64,000 bases of DNA. It comes from the human T2T-CHM13v2.0 reference genome, Homo sapiens. Made by a program: the position numbers and the translations under genes. This document shows positions 1 to 12,545 of this stretch, piece by piece. The stretch's first letter is position 1; every line of letters begins with the position of its first letter. Location: the NCBI RefSeq assembly GCF_009914755.1, contig NC_060928.1; one strand, written 5' to 3'. Below the pieces are notes generated by a model. That model saw only the letters and a list, made by a program, of their open reading frames with translations. It was not told where the DNA came from and did no database searches.

Positions 1-253
1 TTCTAGAATTTTGTGAATGTAAGCACACAGTCTTTGAGATGTAAGAACTTTATGACATAATTATGAAGATAAACATTGATCCTCACATCTGCTCTGTCAA
101 ACTAAGCGTAAGTGGTTCACAGTCTGTACCACAGCTAAATTTAAAGTGAGTGATCATTTTGATAAATATTGTGACTGACATTTATATGGTCTAGAAAATA
201 TCTGACTGACTTTTATAAACCAGATCTATGAGTTGAGAATGGGAACACTGTTA

Positions 254-592
<339 letters not shown>

Positions 593-1584
593 TTAAAGAA
601 ACAGTCCCAGAAAAAGTTATTTTTAATTTAATTTACCAAGTCCTTGGAATGTATGTTTTTCTTAGGGAGCTAAGGAAAGAAATTTGATAATTTTACAAGA
701 ATTATCTAGAGATTATTTCTTATTTATTGAAGTTTTCAAAACTAGTTCAGAATACTCTTACATCAGGAATTATCTTTTAACTAGATAAGTAGAATTCTCA
801 TGACATTAAGTGTAGCTTAAGTTAATGGTCATTTATAATTTAGAATGTCATCTATGTCAATAAAAGTAACAAATAACTGCATGAGTATTGTAAAATGAAA
901 TAAAATATCTGGATTTTTCAGTTTATTTCTCTTATAATGTATTCAGACAAAGAACTGTGGCCTGAGATATTTCCTATAGAAGTACAATAATTTTTTTACT
1001 TAGTTTGTTTTTTAAAATTCTTTCAATTGAATATTTGTTTTGAGCTTATGTCAATTTCAATTAAGCTATTTTTGTAAAGTAAGTAGATTTGGGTGGCACT
1101 TCCTCTTTGATAGGCAGCTCTATTCTTCAAAAATCTCTCTATTCTTTCCTACATTGAAAATTAGAATGTTGGTTAAGTAAATGACAATGAGGTAGATAAT
1201 TGAAAAGTATATTCATTTCATAGAAATAGAAACATCATTTTTATTAGGCACTGTGTAAAACCAAAGTACACCCCAAACTTCTAACATATTTGGTTTCAGA
1301 ATATTTATAACTCTTTTTATTTACCTTGTGTGGCAGACATGTAAGTAATAGTGTGGCAGCAACCATTAATGTTTTCCAGCGTAATTTATTTTTCTTTAGT
1401 AAGACTGAGAAGTTGGGTGAAGTAACTGGTAGTGATTAAAGAGAGTTGTGAACTCAAAGAATCTATTGATGAAAGAGTTGTTGAGATATTTCGAGGGAAA
1501 AGAAGACCAAATAATTCTGGTAAAGTAAAATTATAGGAATATCTGTAGGGAACTGTGGGGTAAAATAAGATGTTAGAGTTATGT

Positions 1585-1609
1585 AAAAAAAAAAAAAAAA
1601 AAAAAAAAA
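1585..1609 (+). repeat. poly(A)25 tract
   Basis: 25 consecutive A. Confidence 0.95.
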
Positions 1610-1767
1610 GCCAGTAAGGGTATGTTTAGTAGATATATGGATAATTCAGGAAAACGAAATCCTAAAGATATTCTGGAAAGTTCAGGAAAATCAGCTTATA
1701 ATCAAAGTACCAATGAAGATACAGAGAATATTCAGCAGAAGATACTGTGGGAGAAGGGTGCTGTGTC

Positions 1768-1769
<2 letters not shown>

Positions 1770-1801
<32 letters not shown>

Positions 1802-1819
1802 TTATATGTGTGTGTGTGT
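1770..1819. repeat. (TG)n microsatellite
   Basis: About 15 pure TG units plus an interrupted extension. Confidence 0.95.
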
Positions 1820-1943
1820 AAGTTTAAATTCTATGTATCTTTAGCCATCACGAGTGGGCATTAGTAGAGATATTATCAGTGAATAACTTACTACTCTCTG
1901 CCCACCCACTTCTTTGGAATTTTTTTAAAGAACCTATAGGTCT

Positions 1944-2240
1944 AGCCGGGCGCGGTGGCTCACGCCTGTAATCCCAGCACTTTGGGAGGCCAAGGCGGGC
2001 GGATCACGAGGTCAGGAGATTGAGACCATCCTGGCTAACACGGTGAAACCCCGTCTGTACCAAAAGAATACAAAAAATTAGCCAGGCATGGTGGCGAGCT
2101 ACTCAGGAGGCTGAAGCAGGAGAATGGCGTGCACCCGGGAGGCGGAGCTTGCAGTGAGCCGAGATCCCACCACTGCACTTCAACCTGGGCAACAGAGCGA
2201 GACTCTGTCTCAAAAAAGTAAACAAATAAAAACAAAAAAA
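1944..2240 (+). mobile_element. AluY with 15-bp right-arm deletion
   Basis: AluY diagnostics GATCACGAGGTCAGGAGAT, CCTGGCTAACACGGTG, GAATGGCGTG, GAGCTTGCAG. TSD AAAGAACCTATA(G/A)GTCT at ~1927 and ~2239. Confidence 0.95.
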
Positions 2241-2489
2241 AGAACCTATAAGTCTACATATTTTTTATACCGGCTAACTGTGACCAGATGACACAGCCTG
2301 GACACCAAAACATAAAAGTCTTCTATAAGATTTCTAAGAGTATACTCATGAGTTCTAGAAATAAGTCTATTATCTTCTGTAGTCAGTATTGGATACTTGA
2401 AATAAATATATATTTTTAATTTTGTTATTATAGAGTCTTCAAATGCTTTAGCATCTCTCTTTTGCAAGTCTGTTTTAGTATAGAGTCCT

Positions 2490-2639
2490 TAATCAGTTTT
2501 TCCCTAATTGGACTGCTAAGAAAATCACCTAGAGACTTTTAAAAAGTACAGATTTTGTCTCACATCTTTTGCTATCACTATCAGAATCTTCAGGGTGCAT
2601 GTTTTAAAATTACAATTTTGAAAAATACCCCAAAAGATA
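2490..2639. mobile_element. MER5-like hAT DNA transposon relic
   Basis: AATCACCTAGAGACTTTTAAAAAGTACAGATT...ATCAGAATCT...GCATGTTTTAA resembles the MER5A core. Confidence 0.5.
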
Positions 2640-3098
2640 GGTGACAGGGAAATAAAAACTTGAGAACTCAATTCACTATGTCAAAGAAAAATAATAATAA
2701 TAAGCTGAAAGCTGAGTCATGCAAGAAACTACCTTTCCTGCTGTTCTTAAGCAGACAGCTACAGATGAAAGGTAAAATATCTCCATAGGCAGCTATGCCA
2801 TGTTCACATGATCTTATGTAAAGTGCCAATTTACTGAGAACAAGACAAAAATATAATTGATTATTCTCCTACCTGCTCCTTTTGTCTTACAACATGTGGA
2901 TTACCGTACCCTCTCTTTCCCCTCCAGATTACTTTTCCCCTTTAAATACTGGAGTCCTCAAAATCATCTTTGGAGAAATGCACAGACCAGGGACTGTTTC
3001 TGTGATTGCATGTTTATTTCTTCTGGGCATATCCTTAACCTTGGCCAAATAAACTTCAAAACTGATTGAGACTTGTCTCAGATACTTTCTGTTTTACA
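2640..3098 (+). mobile_element. ERV1 solo LTR, MER4 family (MER4C-like)
   Basis: Start resembles TGTGAAAGGAAAATAAAAACTT; internal TAAGCTGAAAGCTGAGTCATGCAAGAA; end AATAAACTT...GAGACTTGTCTCAGATAC...TTTACA. Confidence 0.8.
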
Positions 3099-3862
3099 CA
3101 TATTTACTTACAGTAGTAATGAAACTAGCATTTTACATGAGATATTGAAGGCATAAGAATTTAAATCAAATGTTTCTTAGAAAGTGATAAAAGTATCAGC
3201 TTGTTTTCTTTTTTTAACCAAAAAATGGAATTCAGAAAATTGTAAAGATCATATGAATAGCTGACTAGCCCATGAACAAATCAGTTTAGCATACACATTA
3301 ATATCCAAATAGTGACTTAGTTGTAAATTTTATATTTGCTTAAGTTGGGTTCTTGCTACATAACTCAAATAAAATGATTTCTGTAGATGCTGTCATATTT
3401 GCTGTTTGGGCAATTTAGTTGTTCCAGCCTTCAGGCTTCAGAGTGTCTGAGGTGACCATGAGCTGAAGTGGTCCGCCAGCACAGCACGGCTTGTCTATGA
3501 AAACACGGTCAAAGCACTTTTTAAAGCAGGTTCCTGGTCTCATTCCTCCTGACAAGGGCAAGACCTCCCAACCAGGGTCTCCAGCCACCTCCTACAGTGC
3601 ATTTGAGCCAGCAATATGTCCATACCTCCCTGTGACAGAGCTCCTAGAAGACGGGGCAGACTGCCATCTTTGCTGCTTCGCAGGCTTCACTGGTGATACC
3701 TGCAGGTACAGGAAAATCTGAGGTGACTAGGCATTGAAGCGGAACCCCAGCATACCACAGCAACCCTACAGAAAAATGCACAGACTGTTAAAGGAAGAAA
3801 AACATACAAAAGTCAACAAAAGTCAGCAACTTCAAATACTGAAGTTAAATAAGCCCACCAAG

Positions 3863-4890
3863 ATGAGAAAGAATCAGCACAAGAATGCTGAAAACTCAAA
3901 AAGCAAGAGTAACCTCTTTCCTCCAAATGACTGTATCACCTCTCCAGCAAGGGTTTGGAACCGGGCTGAGGCTGAGGCAGTTAAACTGACAGAATTAGAA
4001 TTCAGAATTTGGATAGAAATGAAGTACACTGAGCTAAAGGAGTGCACTGTAAACCAATGCAAGAAAGCTAAAAGTCATAATAAAACATTGCAGGAGCTGT
4101 CAGACAAAATAGTCAATAGAGAAAAGAGCGTAACCAACCTGATAGAGCTCAAAAACACACTACATAATTTCATAATGTGAACACAAGTATTAATAGCAGA
4201 AGAGACCAAGTGGAGAAAAGAATCACTGAGCTTGAAGTCTAGATTTCTGAAATAAGACAATGAGACAAAAACAGGAAAAAAAAAAAAAGAAAAGGAATGA
4301 ACAAAACCTCCACAAAATATGGGATTATGTAATGAGACCAAATCTGTGACTGACTGTGTTCCTGAATGATATGGGGACATTGGAAACAATTTGGAAAACA
4401 TATTTTAGGATATCATTTATGAGAACTTCCCAAACCCAGTTACAAAGACAAACATTCAAATTCAGGAAATGCAAAAAACTCCAGTAAGGTACACCATGAG
4501 AAAAACATCCCCAAGACACATAATTATAAGATTCTTCAAAGTCAAAACGAAAGAAAAAATGTTAAAGGCAACTAGAGAGAAAGGCCAGGCCACCTACAAA
4601 GGGAAGCACATCAGACTAACAGCGAATCTCTCAGCTGAAACCCCACAAGCAAGAAGAGATTAGTGGCCAATATTCAATATTTTATAAAGAAAAGAATTCC
4701 AACCAAAAATTTCAAATCCAGCCAAACCAAGCTTTATAAGCAAAGAAGAAATAAGTTATTTATCAGACAAGCAAATGCTGAGGGAATTTCTTACCACCAG
4801 ACGTGCCTTAAAAGAGCTCCTGAAACAAGGATTAAATGTGGAAAGGAAAGACTATTACCAACCACTACAAAAACACACTGAAGTATACAG
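3863..4890 (+). pseudogene. L1 ORF1p remnant (frameshifted)
   Basis: MRKNQHKNAENSKS...ELEFRIWI; later SPRHIIIRF...KEKMLKATREKGQATYKGKHIRLTANLSAET..ARRD, characteristic of L1 ORF1p. Confidence 0.9.
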
Positions 4891-6455
4891 ACCAGTGACA
4901 TTATAAAGCAACCACATAAACTAAGTTTGCAAAATAACCAGCCAACATCATGATAACAGAATCAAATCCACACATATCAACACTAACTTTAAATGTAAAA
5001 GCGCTAAAAGCCCCAGCTAAAATACAGAGTGACAAGCTGGATAAAGAACCAAGGCCTTGCTATGCTGTCTTTAAGAGACCCAAATCATATGCAATGAACA
5101 GATAGGCTCAAAATACAGGGATGGAGGAAAATTTACCAAGACAATAGAAAACATGAAAAAGATGGGGTTGCAATCTTAGTTTCTGACAAAAAAGACTTTA
5201 AACCACCAAAGATCAAAAAAGACAAAAAAGGGCATTACATAATGGTAAAAGGTTCAATTCAACAAGAAGCGCTAACTATCTTAAATATATATGTACCCAA
5301 CATAGTAGGACACAGATTTATAAAGCAAGTTGTTAGAGACCTTCAAAGAGACTTAGACTCCCACTCAATAATAGTGGGAGATTTTAATACCCCACTGACA
5401 ATATTAGACAGGTCATTGAAACAGAAAATTAGCAAAAATATTCAAGACCTGAAGTCAGCACTTGATCAAATGGACCTGTTAGATAACTACAGAACTCTTC
5501 ACTCAAAAGCAACAGCATATACACTCTTCTCATTTTCACATGGCACTTACTCTAAAATTAATTACATAATTGGAAATAAAACACTCCTGAGAAAATGAAA
5601 AATAACTGAAATCATAACAAAGAACCTCTCAAACCACAGCACAATCAAATTAAAAATCAAGACTAAGAAATTCACTCAAAACCATACAATTACACAGAAA
5701 TTGAATGACTTCTAAATGACTTTTGGGTAAATAATGATATTAAGACATATATTTGGAAGTTCTTTGAAACTAATGAGAACAAAGATAAAACATAGCAGAA
5801 GCTCTGGGACCCAGCTAAGGCAATGTTTATATAAAAGGTTATAGCACTAAATGCCCATAACAAAAAGTCAGAAATATCTTAAGTCAACATACTAACATCA
5901 TAACCAAAAGGACTAGAAAACCAAGAGCAAACAAATCCCAAAGCTAGTAGAAGATAGGAAATGACTAAAATTAGAGCTGAATTGAAGGAATTGGAGACAG
6001 AAAAAAAAAAAATTCAAAAGATGAACTAATTCAGGAGTTGGCTTTATTTTAAAAAATAATAAAAAGATAGACTCTAACTAGACTAATAAAGAAAAAAGAG
6101 AGAGAAAATTAAAAAAAAAAACACAGTTAGAAACAATGAGGATATTGCCACTGACCCCACAGAACTACAAACAAAACTCAGAGATTACGAACACCTCTAT
6201 GCACATAAACTAGAAAATATAGAAGAAATAAATAAATTCCTAGTCACATACACTTTCCCACAATTGAACCAGCAAGGAATTGAATCTCTAGACCAATAAT
6301 GAGTTCTGAAATAGAGTCAGTAATAAATAGCCTACTAACTAAAAAAAGCACAGGACCAGATGGATTCATAGTTGATTCTACCAGATGAACAAAGAAGAGC
6401 TGGTACCATTCCTGATGAAACTATTTCAAAAATTCAAGGAGGAGGGACTTTTTTC

Positions 6456-6815
6456 CTATCAGAATCTTCAGGGTGCGTGTTTTAAAATTACAATTTTGAA
6501 AAATACTCCAAAAGATAGGTGACAAGGAAATGAAAACTTGAGAACTCAATTCACTATGCCAAAGAAAAATAATAATAATAAGCTGAAAGCTGAGTCATGC
6601 AAGAAATTACTTTCCTTCTGTTCTTAAGCAGACAACTACAGATGAAAGGTAAAATATCTCCATAGGCAGCTATGCCATGTTCACATGCTCTTATATAAAG
6701 TGCCAATTTGCTGAGAACAAGACAAAAATATAATTGATTATTCTCCTACCTGCTCCTTTTCTCTTACAACATGTGGATTACCATACCCTCTCTCTTTCCC
6801 CTCCTGATTACTTTT
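6456..6815 (+). repeat. Local duplication of 2578-2936 inserted into L1 ORF2
   Basis: Aligns by eye to 2578-2936 with about 16 differences in ~360 bp. Confidence 0.95.
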
Positions 6816-7369
6816 GAAATTGAGTCAGTAATAAATAGCCTACTAACTAACTGGTATCAGCATTATCCTGATACCAAAACCTGGCTGATACAACAACAAC
6901 AAAAAAGAAAATTTTAGGCCAATATTCTTGATGAACATCAATGTCAAAATCCTCAATAAAATACTGGCAAATCAAATCCAGCAGCACATTAAAAAGCTAA
7001 TCCTCCACAATCCAGTAGGTTTTACCCCTGGGATTCCATGTTGGTTCAAAATATGAAAATTCATAAATGTGGTTATTCACATAAACATAAATAAAGGCAA
7101 AAACCTCATAATTATCTCAATATATTTAGAAAAATATTTCAATAAAACTCAACATCAACTTACGTTAAAATCTCTCAATAAACTAGGTATTGAAGGAACA
7201 TACCTCCAAATAATAACAGCCATCTATGACAAACCCACAGTCAACATCGTAATGAATGGGTGAAAGCTGGAAGCATTCTCCTTGAAAACTGGCATAAGAC
7301 AAGGATGCCCTCTTCCACCACTTCTGTTAAAGATAGTATTGGAAGTTCTGGCCAGAGCAATCAGGCAAA

Positions 7370-7429
7370 GGGAAGAAAGAAAGAAAGAAAAACAAGAAAG
7401 CAAGAAATCAGGAAAGAAGGAAAGAAGGA

Positions 7430-7460
<31 letters not shown>

Positions 7461-7683
7461 GCAATAAAGAAAAAAGAAAAGAAAGAAAGGCAATAAAGAA
7501 AAAAAGAAAAGAAAGGAAGGAAAGAAAGAAGGGAGAGTGAGAAAGAAAGAAGAAAGAAAGAGAAGGAAGGAAAGAATGAAGGAAGGAAGAAAGAAGGAAA
7601 GAAAGAAAGAAAGAAGGAAAGAAGGAATGAAGGAAGGTAGGAAGAAAGAAGGAAAGAAAGAAAGAAGGAAAAGGAATGAAGGA

Positions 7684-7718
<35 letters not shown>

Positions 7719-7879
7719 GCAATAAAGAAAAAAGAAAAGAAAGAAAGGCAATAAAGAAAAAATAAAAGAAAGGAAGGAAAGAAAGAAGGGAGAGTGAGAA
7801 AGAAGAAAAGAAAGAAAGAGAAAGAAAGAAAGAAAGGGAGAAAAGGAGGAAGGAAGGAAAGAATGAAGGAAGGAAGGAA

Positions 7880-7932
<53 letters not shown>
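7370..7932. repeat. Compound (GAAA/GGAA)n purine-rich expansion inside L1 ORF2
   Basis: ~560 bp almost purely A/G, replacing the short L1 GAGAAAGAAATAAA segment. Confidence 0.97.
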
Positions 7933-7933
<1 letters not shown>

Positions 7934-10900
7934 ATTCAAATAGGAAAAGAGAAAGTCAAGGTATCCTTCTTTGCAGATGACATAAACTTATATCTAGAAA
8001 ACTCCATAGTCTCAGCCCAATATCTTCTTAAGCTGATAAACAACTTCAGCAACAACTCAAGATACAAAATCAATGTGCAAAAATCACTAACATTTCTATA
8101 CACCAACAATAGTCAAGCTGTGAGCCAAATCACAAACGAACGCTCATGCACAATTACCACAAAAAAAAAAATAAATGAATAAATAAAACACCTAGGAATA
8201 CAGCTAACAAGGGAACTGAAAGATCTCCACAAGGAGAACAAACCACCACTCAAAGAAATCAGAGCTGACACAAACAAATTGAAAAACATTTTATGCTTAT
8301 TGGTAGGAAGAATCAATGTCATTAAAATGGCCACAATATGCAAAACAATTTATAGATTCAATGCTACTCCCATTAAACTACCACTGACATTCTTCACAGA
8401 ACTAGAAAAAAAAATTTAAATTCATATGGAACACAAAAAGAGTCTAAACAGCCAGTGCAATCCTAAGCAAAACACAAATTTGGAGGCATCATGCTATCTG
8501 GCTTCAAACTATACTACAGTGCTACAGTAACCAAACAGCATGGTACTGGTACAGAAACAGACACATGGACCAATGGAACAGAATAGAGAACCCAGAAATA
8601 AGACTGCACACCTACAAATAACTGATCTTCAAAAAACCTGGCAAAAACAAGCAATGGGGAAACAATTGCCTATTCAATAAATGGTGCTGGGATAACTGGC
8701 TAGCCACATGCAGAAAACTGAAACTGGACCCCTTCCTTACATCATATACAAAAATTAACTCAAGATGGATTAAACACTTAAATGTAAAACTCAAAACTAA
8801 AAAAGCCTGGAAAACAATTTAGACAATCCCATTTAGGACATAAAAGCACAGGGAAAGATTTCATGACGAAGATGTCAAAAGCAATATTAACAAAAGCAAA
8901 AATTGACAAATAGGATCTAATTGAACTAAAGAGCTTCTGCACAGCAAAATAAACTATCAACGGAGTAACCAGACAACCTACAGAATGGTAGAAAGTTTGG
9001 CAAACTATGCATCTGACTAAGGTGAAATATTCAGCATTTTTAATGAACTTAAATTTACAAGAAAAAAAAAACACCATTAAAAAGTGGGCAAAGGACGTGA
9101 ACAAATAGTCTTCAAAAAAAGACATACATGTGGCCAACAAGAATATGAAAGAAAGCTCATCACTGATCCTTAGAGAAATGGAAATCAAAACTACAATGAA
9201 ATACCATCTCACACCAGTCAGAATGGCTATTATCAAAAAGTTAAAAAATAACAGATGCTGGCGAAGTTGTGGAGAAAAGGGTCACTTACACACTGCTGGT
9301 GGGAGTGTTAATTAGTTCAACCATTGTGGAAGACCTGGGCGATTCCTCAAAGACCTAAAGACAGCCATACCACTCGACCCAGCAATCTCATTACTGGGTA
9401 TGTACCCAAATGAATATGTCATTCTATTATAAAGAAACATGAATGCGTATGTTCAGTGCAGCACTATTCCCAATAGCAAAGACTTGGAATCAACCCAAAT
9501 ACCCGTCAGTGATAGACTGGATTAAAAAAATGTGGTACATATACACCATGGAATACCAAGTAAAAAAAAAAGTGTACCTGACACATCATAAGCACTATGT
9601 AAAGTGCTTATTAAATAAAGATTAAGACTATGTTCAAAAAAAACTTAGAATATTTAGATAAAACTACAGATGTTTTACATTACCTCGTAATCACACCAAG
9701 CCTCTTGTCAAGGAAGTTGTAAAGCTAATGATGGGGACCTATTTGTAAAGAATTTGTGATTTATTTATTTCAGAACTTGCTGCAGTAGCTAATATATTTA
9801 TCACAGTGTAGACTTCAGAATGATGTTATTTAAAATGTCATGGTTAAAAATGGAAGTTTATGTTTTTTTATTGTGGTTAAATTCTGTTAATTTTTTTCTT
9901 ATGTTGATACTTGTATTAAAATATTTTAAATTTTTATCAAAGGTACTTTAGCTGAAGTTTTTACATTAGTATAAAAAACTGATAAATTACTTACAATTTT
10001 GTGTGATAGGTTTCTCTAGGTTTTAAGCTACCAGATGCTGAGCACCCATGTGTTATAATCACTAAAACATTCTTACGTGGCCCAGCATACGTGAAGAACA
10101 AATGGGTATATGATTGAATCCATTAAGGAACAGTTATAAGTTGGTTTCTATTTAAAATTCTGAAAAAGGGCAGTGGTCAGTAAACTATCGGAATGCTTTA
10201 TTTTTTCTAGTCTCTGACATTAATTATATCAAATTAAAATAGTTTCTTGACAAGAGAGAATTAAAAGGATATTTTGCAAATATTATTCAATTTGTAATTG
10301 TCACACTTTAATCCAATTATTTACACATTAAAGTATAAACAATAATTGGCCTTATGCCAACCATAAAAATGAAAACAAAAATTGTCATATTTGTAAAGAA
10401 AAATTGTTTTTCAACTGTCTATGGCATAAAATATGCTGCCATTAATTGCTTCGTCTTTAATGTTAGGCTTGTCAACATAGTTATTTGTTATTTTTAGGAT
10501 ATTTTATAAGTTGATGACTCCTGAGCCTGTTTGAACCATAAACCAGACTAGAATTCTATTAATCTAAAAAGGACACTCCTCAATTTCATACGAGTAGCAT
10601 TCTTTCTTATTCTGATAAATACAAGTTTAAAAAATTCTAAGTGAGGAATCCAAAAGAAAAATACAGCAAGTAGTTTTTGCTAATTTTGTTATTACCTTTC
10701 ATAATTCTAGGCACTTTCTTTAAGATGAACTAAAGCTTTGTGTGTGTTCTGACATATTGACATTGCCTGGAAACCTACAAATGCAGGTTCTAATAGAGAT
10801 ATGCAAATGATGAATGAAGATGCCATTTGTTTTTTATCTGTTTTGGCATTTGAAGTCACCGGGTCACATTATATTTTGGGCACATGTAAGTGAGATTGCC

Positions 10901-11454
10901 CTCATATAAACATCACTGAATGGGAAGTGACATGGAGATAATGTAATAATCTTCACATATCCCAAATGAAAAGATTTAATCAGTTATACAAAATTCTTAA
11001 AAACCGAAATATAATCTAATTTTGCTATGATAAATTGGCCCATTTCCATGGAAACATCTTCATCTTTGTGGAGAAAAAAAAATAAAACTTTTCATCTAAG
11101 CAGCTGGAGATAGAGATCGTTGTAATGGGCCACTAAGGATTTTAAAAATCAATGAGAAATGATTAATTCAGTAGAATCAGTACAATTTACCATCCTACTC
11201 TTCAAGTCAATCCTCACTTAATCTCTGTTGCTATTTTACTGCTTGACTATATTTTTAACTCCTCTGGCAGACTGTTCAGAGATAAGCTTGAGCTAAATTT
11301 TATCAAGTGTTGAAATCCATTGGTGCTTAAGATGATAAGCATTGTTACATTTGCATTATACAAGTTTGAAATGTTAATAGTTTTTGAAAATACATAAAGA
11401 TAGAGTGCAAGCTGTAGTTTGGAATGTTTTCTTCAACTAGTCAGAAAAAAAATT

Positions 11455-11757
11455 GTTTTCTTTTGTTTTGTATTCAGAGGCAGGGTTTCTTCTGTACAGG
11501 CTAAAGTGGCATGATCATAGTTCACTGTAACCGCTAATTCCTGGGCTCAAGCAATCCTCCTGCATCAGGCTCCCAAGTAGCTGGGACTACAGGCATGTGC
11601 CACCATGCCCAGCTGATTTTTTAAATTTTTATTTATTAATTTATACAAGGTCTCACAATGTTTTCCAGGCTGGTCTTGAACTCCTGTCCTCAAGCAACCT
11701 ACCCACCTCGGCCTCCCAAAATGCTAGAATTACAGGCAGGAGCCACTATGCTCAGCC
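11455..11757 (-). mobile_element. AluJ
   Basis: Diverged reverse Alu with J-type GATCATAGTTCACTG, CTGGGCTCAAGCAATCCTCC. Confidence 0.9.
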
Positions 11758-12279
11758 AGAAATCATGTTTTAAAATGAATATTTTGCTAACAGTTTTTTG
11801 GCTATATGGGTTCTCACCTTTTTTTCAATTTATATCCATTATATTCACTGGGAAACGAAAAGAAACATAAATGTTGAAATACTGGTATTTTTGTTGGACT
11901 TCAGGTTAGTAAATTTCCTGTGATTATGGACGGTGCTTTAAAGGCTTTACTTCCATTGTAAAATGAGGGAAATAATATATATCTCAAATGTATTATAGAG
12001 ATGTAATAAAAGTCTATAAGGGATTTCTTTTTTACAATTTCCATTAACAAATTTACATTGCTATAAATGTATAGGAATGTTTTATCATCTCTTGGTCAAC
12101 ATTGAAGCCCAAGAAAACTGGTGATATTTCTATGAAACTGTCAGAAGATGTGTCGAATCTAAATAAGCTATTGAATTGGCTTCTTGTTGGGTAGAATTTT
12201 CTTTCATTTGGGAGACCAGTTGAAGGTCAATTATGTAATATCATGAGTATGCTACCATTTTAGCAGCAGATGGGCCATA

Positions 12280-12545
12280 TCAGGGCAGGGGACAGAGAGT
12301 GTAACTGAAGACATCCACTAACAGTCAGTATCAACTTCCCAGCCTGTGAGTAACCTTGGAAGTAGCTCCTGCTCCAATCAAGTTTCTGACGACTGTAGCC
12401 TTGGATGATACTTTGTCTGAACTCTATGAGAGACCCTGAACCAAAATCACCTAGCTTAGTCATTCCAAAATTCCTGTCCCACAGACATTGTGAAGATAAT
12501 ACATTTTGTTTCAAATTATCTTTAAAAAGTAAATAAGCAAGTTGA
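12280..12545 (+). mobile_element. MaLR LTR fragment (MLT1F/H-like)
   Basis: CTTGGAAGTAGCTCC...GACTGTAGCC...TGAGAGACCCTGAACCAAAATCACCTAGCT...AATTCCTGTCCCACAGA. Confidence 0.7.

Larger units (their letters stand above)
4950..9556 (+). pseudogene. L1 ORF2p remnant (endonuclease, RT, C-terminal), multiply disrupted
   Basis: EN motifs MVKGSIQQE.LTILNIYVPN, IIVGDFNTPL, HGTYSKI; RT motifs [11 protein letters not shown] and LFADD (TTTGCAGATGAC ~7970); C-terminal [35 protein letters not shown]. Confidence 0.92.
3386..9560 (+). mobile_element. Near-full-length dead LINE-1 (older L1PA, about L1PA8A-L1PA13); partial 5'UTR, no 3'UTR
   Basis: 5'UTR with ~270-bp repeat unit, then ORF1 and ORF2 remnants in order. 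Ends at ATGGAATAC near the end of ORF2. Confidence 0.95.

Noticed and set aside
1380-1609. Poly(A)25 as the tail of a processed pseudogene
   Set aside because: No TSD or recognisable coding sequence upstream; the purine-rich context looks like decayed repeat.
6518-6815. Second independent MER4 LTR, or the 3' LTR of a provirus paired with 2640-3098
   Set aside because: It carries the same 62 bp of upstream non-LTR flank, is truncated, and the DNA between the copies is L1, not ERV internal sequence.
7224-7939. Long F/L/S-rich and K/E/R-rich ORFs (up to 192 aa)
   Set aside because: Translations of the (GAAA/GGAA)n tract, which lacks stop codons by composition.
3734-9625. L1 ORF1/ORF2 as functional CDS
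   Set aside because: Broken by many stops, frameshifts and two insertions; the longest L1-derived piece is ~150 aa.
10853-10866. DR2-like nuclear receptor site AAGTCA-CC-GGGTCA
   Set aside because: A single degenerate motif is expected by chance in 64 kb; no other support.
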